DNA of 64,000 nt, taken from contig CP075493.1 of the NCBI GenBank assembly GCA_021613535.1, positions 7,750,001 to 7,814,000 of the forward strand. Reading direction: 5' to 3'. Positions 54,701 to 64,000 of this stretch are shown piece by piece (the stretch's first letter is position 1; each line of letters begins with the position of its first letter). This DNA comes from Adineta vaga. Lineage: Eukaryota > Animalia > Rotifera. The translations under genes and the position numbers were made by a program. Below the pieces are notes generated by a model. It did not search any database. It was not told the DNA's origin and worked only from the letters and a program-made list of their open reading frames with translations.

Positions 54701-55135
54701 TTCGAGCTGCAACGAATACTAAGTAAATCTTATTGAAATATTTTATTTTATATCTTCTCGAATTTGAAAATAGATGGAGTGAATTGTATTTTATCTTTTG
54801 GTATTTATTTGTTACAACGATCGGATTAAATATCTGTCTTGCCTTGAGTGGTGATGTGAGTCTTTGTTTTGACCTTGAATTTAAGACTATTTATGAGAAT
54901 GTTTAGATTCATGATGCAAAAAAGAAACGTGCAGATGATCATGAAGAATTAATTGTATCGAATATGTTTGATATATATCGGTATGTATAAAATCATGTCA
55001 ACAATAAAACATCTTATTGCTTTTGTTAGATCTCAATTGAATGAACCACCGCCGGAAGTGATTTTACAACAGTTAAATAAACATCCTTATGTTAATTTTC
55101 GTGAACAGGTTTTAGAAGAAAGTATTAATGTTTAG
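51733..55135 (+). CDS. TPCN2: Two-pore channel, TPC2-like (many exons)
   Basis: FLEDAVNYQSI.HK, LALFEQPSS, RIRRIFRP, LMKKALK, TANNPDVM.P, CGTYEQLEYWPNGFDDF, C-terminal LNKHPY. Confidence 0.9.
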
Positions 55136-55271
55136 TGGTGCTTTTACTTTTTTTATACTTCTATATTAAAATTAATTTTCTATAATTTTTTTAACGATGT
55201 TAGTTATATTCTTCTTTTATATGAAATATTTCTATACATAAAATGATAAATAATAATCATAAATGTAGATT

Positions 55272-56974
55272 TCAATAGGAAATAACTTTCAATATCCAAT
55301 CAGAATAATAAGAAACTTTTGTATAAGTACCCAAACCAGCACAACTAAAACCCCATGAAATCAAACCAACTAAATACCATCGATTATGACGGTATAAAAT
55401 CATAGGACCACCTGAATCACCCTAAAGATATATATATATATATATATAAATTCAAGAACAAATCATGATCTATCTTTGAAATTTACTTGACAAGCATCAC
55501 ATGTTCCATTTTCACATAGACCAGCACAGAGATTTGTTTCCCAACTAATTGATTTTAATCTGCATTGCTCATTGGATTGAATTGGTACTTCAGCTTCACG
55601 TAAATATCGGTAATCTCCCGTACCTTGAGTTGCACCCCATCCAGTAACAAGTGTTCGTTCACCGTGTTTAATAATTTCCTCTTTCGATGGTAAACAAATC
55701 GATCGTATGAATGGATTGAATATTATTGGTTCAGATAAACGAAGTAAAGCAATATCATGTATCCATCGAGTTGATTTTCCACTGTATAAAGGATGCTATT
55801 TTGAATAGTGAAAATAGAGCTATGTGTTTAGTTTGATATTCTTATGAAATACATACGACAATAATTTGTTTAATTGTTCTTGCAATTCGCCATTGTCCTC
55901 GTCGATGTCGATCATGCATACCAAATTCTGCTAATAAACCTTCAGGATTTGATCTAAAATCAAATAAACAATAGTGAAAAAACGTTCATCTTTTCTTTCT
56001 TTCTTTCTTTCTTTCAAATACCCGTTCACACAATGTGCAGCAGTAATCAACCATTTTGTATTGAGAATACTCGCTAAGAGATATTTAAAAAAACGATATA
56101 CTAGATTATGAATAGAGTACACTAACCTCCACAATAATGACCTCGAATATTTAGAAGAACTTGCCATGGATGACTGTGTGGTATTGCTTGTCGACCACCA
56201 ACAATACGACTTGAGATTTCACGATAATATTGATTACCATTGGTCCATGTCAAACCACATTCAGAAAATAATGATGTTCGAGCATTGAACGGTTTTATTA
56301 CAGGTGAACTAGTTGACTTTAATACAGTTGAAATTGTACTTAGTAGTGCTAAAAATTAACTCGAATGTCAACAATGAAAACATAATCAATAGATCACTTA
56401 CGCATAGTTTGAACTAGATAATATTTCATTCGAAAATGAACATCCAATGTTGGATCAAGAAGATATAAATCAATCATTAACATTTGTCCGATTCCACCAA
56501 CATGTAGATTCTGTCGATTTCCACATATTTCAAGTTTTTCATGTTGTAATCCTACTGTCCATAGATTAACTGATCCACGACGGCAACCCGTATGTAAATA
56601 TTCTTTCATTGAAATTGGAATATATAAATAATCAAATTCAATGAGAATTTTCTATAAAATTAAGCATATTCTATTTCAAAAGAATACTCTTTTAGATTTT
56701 TCTTTACCTGATGATTCGAACTAGCGACTAACCATTGACAATGTACAAATGATCTCGTTGACATCAACATGGTTTTATTCACAACAAGGATACCACTATT
56801 ATCTGTCAAACTATGCAATAGGGGACAATTCGATAGTATAACACTTCGAATATGAATGATTAGTATAATCACTACCAACATAAAGACTTTGCCTAAATAT
56901 TCGAATAGAAGAAAAAAAAAGATCTATGAATATTTCGTGAAATAATCGATCTTACCACCGGAGAGTACAATCAT
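55272..56974 (-). CDS. Trypsin-like serine protease with N-terminal CUB-like domain
   Basis: Hydrophobic N-terminus, C..LTDNSG..HCQWLV (CUB-like), RIVGG activation site, TAAHC, DIAL, DACQ-GDSGGP. Confidence 0.9.
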
Positions 56975-57688
56975 CGTTTTGTTCAATTCGATTTGTCTGT
57001 ACTATGTACTTCATTTGTAATAGATTCTCAAAGGTTTCAAACAATAATGAAGTATTATCCTTTTTATCAATGAAAGAAAGGTATCTTTTTATTTAACCTT
57101 TTAAACCAAACCAAATAAGTACAATACAATTGAACAATAGTAGTTCGATATAAATGTATAAAATAGATATGATTCTCTCTTCATTCGAATCTTCTTGACA
57201 AGACATGATTTTAATATAATCAGTTTGATGTATTAAGATAAGGATAATATTTTAAGATGATCATGTTAAATTTCTTTCATTTGATCTTTATTGAACAGCT
57301 GAATTTGTTTGGCTTCTTTTCTTTCTTTATCCTCGTAAGTATACAATAAACGTATTTATGCAAATGATCATCTTCTTTACAAAGAAGTCTGTCGCGCATT
57401 TTCGTTTTCTTGAATTCAAGATGTTTTATCGTCTCAATTAGTTTATTGCATTTGAACATGCATGTGTATAGATTTAAAGTGGAATTTCAAGTTCGTTCTT
57501 TTCTTCTCATCAAATTTCGAATATATCTAATGATAAGCCATGAATAATAACAGGTTTATACCTTGAATAGAGATGTAGGAGGAAAAAAAGAATGATATCA
57601 AAGCAATATAATCACGTTCAATATGAATGAGTATGAATATCTGTATGTAACGTTTCTTTTTTCTCTTTTAAATTTGGTTTTAAATAAA

Positions 57689-57712
57689 TATATATATATA
57701 TATATATATATT
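57689..57712. repeat. (TA)n microsatellite
   Basis: Direct observation. Confidence 0.85.
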
Positions 57713-58225
57713 ATGATTGCGAATTTGTACGCCTATAAACTTAAGTAGTCAGTTAGATTGTATACACTCAATTTATTACTTATAGGTTGTCTCTCCTTCT
57801 TTCTCGATGTCTTTTTCGTCAGTTGTAAACGAAGAACGTATAGAAGGCAATTGTCCAGTACCATTGGCCGGTCATTGACTCACGCCGACATCATGTCTTT
57901 CTTTCTCTTTTTTCTTTACTGTCGATAATAAAAGGGCTAATTTATGTGTGCTCTTACACCCCTTTTACCGCTTGCGTAGTAGTAATGGTTGATGTGCGGG
58001 AGAAAAAGAGAGAGAGAGAAGCGAACGGAAGGACGACGACCAAAACAACCGATAGCTAGATGCATATACAAAGAGTCAGTTGCTTGCCTGCTTGCTTGCT
58101 TGCGTGCCCCCTATATTTGTCGGTCTAATAGTGATTATAACTTGATCGTTCGGGTTCAATTTTTTTTTCTTTCTCTTTTTTTTCTTTTCCTCTTCTCTTC
58201 TTTCGCTGAGACAACAGTGTTAGTA

Positions 58226-58257
<32 letters not shown>
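58226..58257. repeat. (GAT)n microsatellite upstream of tropomyosin CDS
   Basis: About 10 GAT units; produces spurious poly-M/poly-S ORFs. Confidence 0.9.
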
Positions 58258-58258
<1 letters not shown>

Positions 58259-58950
58259 CCAAGTTAAACACAATTTGACTCTTTCTCTTTTCGTTGCCTG
58301 TATCATTTTTCTTTATGTTTAAATGGACAAAGTGTATTTGTAATGAATTGAACGAAGTATTCGTAATCTTATTAAATTTTTTTCTCCACAACAATGTTGT
58401 TGTTGTTTCTCGACGTGAATTTATCGTTATGCAACATCAAACGCAATCGAAATCAGTATTAATAGAGAATAAAGAAAAACAATCATCTGTTTATACTAAT
58501 ATATAGACCTACTTCTAGTAATTTAAAGTAATCGGTATGTATATTTATTGTAAAAATAAGTATAAAACTAGTCTTTTATCTAAAACCAAGATTGAATATT
58601 TATTTATTTTGTATTTAATTCAAAGAAGTAAGTATAAATATTCAAGTAACTATTTTTGTATTCTTCGAATGATTTTTTTGATGCTAGACAGAAACTGACA
58701 AGTACTGGTACTGATCTCGATATTTCAGAGAATATTTCGAGTATTCGTTTTATGTTCCTTTCAAATCAAATCTTATCATCGATGATATTATAACATTTTT
58801 TGTGTCTGTTTTTTTTTCTGCATACAAATGAGGTCGCCACAGTATCTAAGAACTATTGGTTAATAGATAGACCTTGTTTATTAATCATTCATCTTCCATT
58901 CATTTCAGATGCATTATTGTTCTAAAAATCAATAAGTTTCTCAATTGAAC

Positions 58951-60361
58951 ATGTCGAGTCTTCTTCCATCATCATCAGCTCATATTAATACAAATTTAAA
59001 TGGTGGTGCTGGTACATTACAACGATCAGTTGTTAACAATGCTGCAGCAGATGCATTACGAAAAAAGATGCAACAATTACGAGATGAACTTGAATTAGTC
59101 AAAGATGATTTAGAACGTTCACGAAAAGATTATGAAAAAGAACAACATGCTCGAGAAATTGTATGTCGGATATTTTTTGGATAAAAATGAGCTTTCTCTT
59201 TTTTTCTGACGGTTGTTTTCTTCAGGCTGACGCAGAAGTTAGTCAATTGACACGAAAACTTCATTCATTTGAAGAACAACTTGAACGAACAGAAGAACGA
59301 TTAATTCAAACAACGAATAAACTAGATGAAGCTTCACATACAGCTGATGAACGAGAACGGTTAGTTTATTGTCTCTACTATGTTTAATGTATTTTGCCTT
59401 TTTTTAGATCAAGAAAAATGTTAGAAAATCAATTAAATCTTGGTACTGATCGTTCCGAAATGTTAGAAATTCAATTGAAAGAAGCTCGTGCATTAGCAGC
59501 AGAGTCAGATAAAAAATATGATGAAGTAGCACGAAAATTATTAATACAAGAAAATGAACTTGAAAAAGCTGAAGATCGAGCAAAACGATCAGAAATGTAA
59601 AACAAAATAGAACAATATTTCAATATTCTAATCTCTTTTTTTTCATGTCTTATAGGAAATGTGTAGATTTAGAACATGAAATGAAAAATCTTCACCATCA
59701 ATTGAAATCTTTCTTAGCTCGAATCGATGATGTATGTATAGAATCTTTGATTGTATAAATATATTCTAAAAAAATATCTTTAGGCTCAAAATAAAGAACA
59801 AAGTTTTGAAGATCAAATTCGTCGTCTTTCTCAACATCTAAAAGATGTAAGTTATTTTATTTTGGCTGAAATTTTACATTGAAAAGAAATTAGGCTGAAC
59901 GACGAGCAGATCGTTCTTATGATGAACGAGATAATCTACAAAAACTAGTAGAAATTCTCGGAGGTATAAAAACAAAAAAACCAAAGAGAATGAGATTGAC
60001 GTTTTTGTTTGATTTTTATTCTTTGCATGGTTTTTCTAATTGCTGTGTTGCATGTATAGGCTGAAACTCGTGCAGAATATTCTACCAAACAAGTGCAACG
60101 ACTACAGCGTGAAGTGGATATCCTCGAAGGTTTGTTTTGTTATGTTATATTATATAATAGTAGATATTGTTATGCATTTTATCGTAGTAAGATTATGAAC
60201 ATATTTCTATTCAATACTAAATCTTAAGATTACAATCATTCTATTTAAAAAAATTCTCTTTTGTTTTATCTATTTCAGAGGAACTTCAAGGTGAACGTGA
60301 TCGTAGTAAAACTCTTCAAAATGAAATGGAACGTTGTTTTTCTGATTTGCAATTACTTTAA
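58951..60361 (+). CDS. TPM: Short (non-muscle-type) tropomyosin with mutually exclusive penultimate exons
   Basis: DALRKKMQQL, ADAEVSQLTRKL..EEQLERTEERL, KLDEASHTADERER, LKEARALAAESDKKYDEVARKL, AETRAEY; exon borders match the tropomyosin pattern. Confidence 0.92.
60024..60054 (+). promoter_or_regulatory. Two RBFOX-type TGCATG splicing elements between the alternative tropomyosin exons
   Basis: TGCATG at 60024-60029 and 60049-60054 within a 96-nt intron. Confidence 0.65.
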
Positions 60362-60660
60362 GAAAAATAAAACAAGCAATTCAATGATGTTTACTCATCT
60401 ATACTTTTCTGCTATATGTCAGAACATTGATCTCTTCTTCCTGCATTACTATTAGCGTACAATCTTCGTTCGCCAATTGTCAATATATTGTCTTTTTGCG
60501 TGCGTGTGTGTGTGTGTTCTTTCGCTTTCTTTCAATTCTTAATAAAGTAATCACGTTATTATATTCTTTCTCTGATTTTCTTCTGTAGTTTTCATCTTCT
60601 TTGTTTTGTTTGTATACGTATATTTATAACAGTATACATAAAACTTGTATATACCTTCAG

Positions 60661-60888
60661 ATGTTTATCCATACGTGGGAAGAATTTGCTAAACAAGCGG
60701 AACGGTTATATCTAAATGATCCATTGGCTTGTCGTCTTTGTTTGAAATATCGAAATGAAAAACTTCTCCTACGTATAACTGATAATCGTACATGTCTACA
60801 GTATAAAACAAAATATGCACAAGATGTGAAAAAGATGGAAAAATTTATGTCAAGTCTCTTTCGACATATGGCATCCAAAGAAACATGA
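60661..60888 (+). CDS. SRP9: Signal recognition particle 9 kDa protein (single coding exon)
   Basis: MFIHTWEEFAKQAERLYLNDPLACRLCLKYR...TDNRTCLQYKTKYAQDVKKMEKF..L.RHMASKE. Confidence 0.95.
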   Translation: MFIHTWEEFAKQAERLYLNDPLACRLCLKYRNEKLLLRITDNRTCLQYKTKYAQDVKKMEKFMSSLFRHMASKET

Positions 60889-61658
60889 AGAAATAATTGT
60901 CATTTCGTTTCATTTTTTACGATGATAGTTGCGAAGAAAATGAAATAAACAAGAAAACAAAATATCATAAAACTGCATTGGTCGATTGTTATTTTTTTGA
61001 AGTATTCATCAAAGAGAAATGTATACTTGTTGTTTTATGACCTGTTCTGTTATCGATTCACACCTTTAGTCTTATGAACGTTTATATATATGTCGTTCTC
61101 CTTTTAATACGAAGTGATTTAGCAAAATGATTGAGACGAAAGATTGATAAGAAGATGAATCTTTCATCCTTTTTTTTTCTCAATCGGATTGATCAATGAA
61201 GGAAATATCTAAAGTTTATTGATTATTACATGAGAAGAGAGTGAACATGGTTATTAACAAGCAATCGACTAATGATGCATAGAGAAAGAATAATGAATTT
61301 TATATTAAAAAGATAAATGACGTGATGATGCGATCAACGAAGCCGACAGTTCAACCGTTGAATATATCGTTGATAATGAGAGAAGAGGATATAAAATCTA
61401 AGGTTCAAAGGGATTTGTTTAAAATTAGATAGAATTAGTAATAGCTTGGTGGTCTGAATCATATCTTGGAATGTTATACTGATAGATTATTCTATTATTG
61501 AAATTTTATTTGTAGTGATTGAAAGAGAAAAAAAACACTAGGTAGAAAGAAAAAGTAATCAATAATTTGTACAAAATCCATCGAATTAAGGAAAAAATCA
61601 TTGTTCGACTAGAATGTGCGCGATAAGAATTAGAATCATAGAATTTAATTTTTGTTCT

Positions 61659-62567
61659 TTATGTGTTGGTTGTTGTATTTGATTGATTCAGTGAATTGGT
61701 TATGAATGTTGCTAATCCCATTGCTGGCAAAGCAAAATTAATCGATGGTTTGGAAGGTGAATGTTGTTGTTGATGATGATGTTGTTGTTTTGGTGATGAA
61801 CTTGATGAGGTCGGCGATGAAGCTGATGAACATGATGTTGTTGTATCGGTTGAACCATTGAGTATTTGAGATGGTGGAGTAGATCGAACTCTTGTTGCTG
61901 CCAGTCGTACAGCTGCAGCTGCTAATGGATTGATTGGAGGCATTAGTGGATTACCAGGTGATTGTGTTGAAGTAGGTTGAACATAACCTGATGCTGCGGC
62001 TGCATACATATACGACAAATAAGAAAATGGATCACCAGGATAACCTGGCCAAGGAAAGGCGATTTTTTGTCTTTTATCTTTCATTCGTCGATTTTGAAAC
62101 CAAACCTATTAAACATATGAAATTATATGTATTACATGAAAATAAGCAACTATTTTTCTTACTTTAATTGTAGATTCTGCTAGTTGTAATTCTGCTGCAA
62201 GTTCACAACGTCTTGGTCGACTAACATAATTTTCTCGAAGAAATTCTTTTTCAAGTCTTGCCAATTGTTCACGTGAAAATGCTGTTCGATATCGACGAAT
62301 ATTATCATCATTAAGATTGGAAGAGGAATTATTATTATTATTGTTATTAGTATTATTATGAGAATGAGAATGATGATGATGTAGATTAACTAAACTATTC
62401 GGCGTATTGTTTGAATCGTCTATAAAATTAAAATAAATGAATATATATATGTATATATTCATAGTAAAACTTTTCTCCTTACCATTATCATCAGAAAAGA
62501 TCTCATCGTGAAACATTCTCGAACTACTTGCTAATAGATATGTCGATGGATTACTACTACCTAACAT
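61659..62567 (-). CDS. eve: Even-skipped homeobox protein (3 exons)
   Basis: Homeodomain [46 protein letters not shown]|[13 protein letters not shown], followed by WP and Ala/Pro-rich tail. First ATG in frame is at 62567. Confidence 0.96.
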
Positions 62568-64000
62568 TATCAAATGAAAGATTCGATTATCAATAGCAGA
62601 CAAAATCTTTTTCTCTTTTTCTTTTTTCTCTTCTTCGTTCTATCCATAATGATAGGAGAGAAAGAGAAAAAGCAATTCGATTGGTTTGTATCAATAGAGA
62701 AAAAGAAAAATTAACAATAACTGGCCAAAGAAGAAGAAGAGAGAAAGAGAGCAAATAATTGCTAATATCATTAAATATAGAATGAACGTGAGGTGTGAAC
62801 AATGAAAAGCATAATTAACAATTTACTTCTTCTTCTTCTTTTCGAAAAGCTTCGAACGAATGTAAACAGATAAGACTTTGCATGAACAATTACAGGATGA
62901 GACAATTTATAAATACAAAAATAAAACTAAGTCGAACATAAATGTCGTTGATGATTCCCTTCTTCAATAGAAAGAAATATTCGATCCGATACGATTAATT
63001 GGTTGAATACAACCAAACTAATAACTACTCCGCCCTTTCAACAAACGTTTGTGTCTCTTTTCATAGAAACATCTCTATATATGTTCATAGACACGCGATG
63101 TTTAGTTGTACCCATTTTACATTTTCAAGGGTCAATAAATATACACACACACACATACACACATGCAAATGACCATCATCTCATGGCCGGCAGTCACAAA
63201 CATCGAATGTCGTTAATCAATGATAGATAATCACACGTTTTCACATGACCCTTTGCTTAACGAACGATTTAAACAAATCGTTTTTTTGTTGTCAATTTAA
63301 TATGCTTATTAAAGGTGTCAATTGATTAAATAAATCTTTATGTTTGTAGAAAGAACATTTCTCTAACATTATAAATTGCTCATTAGAGAAATCTATAAAT
63401 ATTGTCTTTCTACTAGTTCTGCTGTTTTATTTTTATGAGAGAAGGAAAGATATTGCACGATGTGATAACAGAGTTTGAAGTTTCTCGATTAGTGTCTATT
63501 ATTAGAGAACATGTTATTGTCAATTGATGCCGACGAACAGGTCTCATCTAACAGATCGACCATCTGTCTGAGACTCTCATAATAGTACCTTTTTTCTCTT
63601 AAATATTGAGATGTACTATTTATAAGACACCACTATGAAAAAAGGTCAAGTTAGAAAATGAGAAACTTACCATTGTTGAAAAAAGAAAATTCGTCACTAT
63701 CTTGATGATGTTTTTGTTTGAAAATACCCATACTACTTCTTATGTTCAGTAAAATGATGATTTTATGATTTAAAATGAATAACGTATGTGTTTTTATGCG
63801 ATGAAATGTATTTTTCTTCTCTTTACATTCTTAATCTTCTGATTCGTTCTTATTTTCAAATGATATTCAACACCAATCACACTCATTGAGGTGCGATCTG
63901 TTTTTCTATGACTAGCAATAACCATTTTTCGCATGGCTAATTCTTATTTTCTCTGCCGCATGATTATAACTATCATAAAACTGTTTAATTGCTATAGATA

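Noticed and set aside
58108-58123. CArG-like CCTATATTTG upstream of tropomyosin
   Set aside because: Does not match CC(A/T)6GG exactly, and the TSS is unknown.
57989-58394. Poly-Met and poly-Ser ORFs
   Set aside because: Artefacts of the (GAT)n microsatellite.
63541-63574. Small imperfect inverted repeat GTCTCA..ACAGAT/ATCTGT..TGAGAC
   Set aside because: Too short, single copy, no TSD or RNA-family features.
1-64000. SL RNA gene, tRNA/rRNA, CRISPR arrays, prokaryotic-type operons or defence systems
   Set aside because: No match to the rotifer SL exon as I recall it and no cloverleaf or repeat-spacer structure noticed by eye; the sequence is intron-rich eukaryotic DNA. An Infernal/tRNAscan run would be needed to exclude small RNAs.

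Overview
AT-rich, very gene-dense eukaryotic (metazoan) DNA with many ~50-60 nt GT-AG introns. This architecture, plus the gene content, is most consistent with a bdelloid rotifer (inference). About 25 intron-containing or single-exon genes can be reconstructed by hand: a HEAT-repeat hypothetical, ACBP, RNF144-like RBR ligase, DEK-like, RNF34/RFFL, SLC35E3, a secreted 8-Cys defensin-like prepropeptide, a ~10.7 kb vitellogenin/apolipophorin-type lipid transfer protein, PCM1, MRM2, three orphan genes (two are a tandem pair of intronless secreted paralogues), ZC3H3, SMARCD, ferritin (with an IRE), MOSPD, PRA1, hexokinase, APC13, B4GAT1, TPC2, a CUB-like/trypsin protease, tropomyosin, SRP9 and Evx. 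The most notable system-level signal is a set of co-oriented housekeeping genes separated by only 54-300 nt, each downstream gene having a splice-acceptor AG 0-12 nt before its ATG. This suggests eukaryotic operons resolved by spliced-leader trans-splicing; the clearest case is PRA1-HK-APC13-B4GAT1-TPC2. Other highlights are the defensin-like peptide, the orphan secreted pair, and mutually exclusive tropomyosin exons separated by two RBFOX motifs. No prokaryotic features, CRISPR arrays, rRNA/tRNA genes or clear transposons were seen. CDS coordinates are hand-derived start-to-stop spans including introns.
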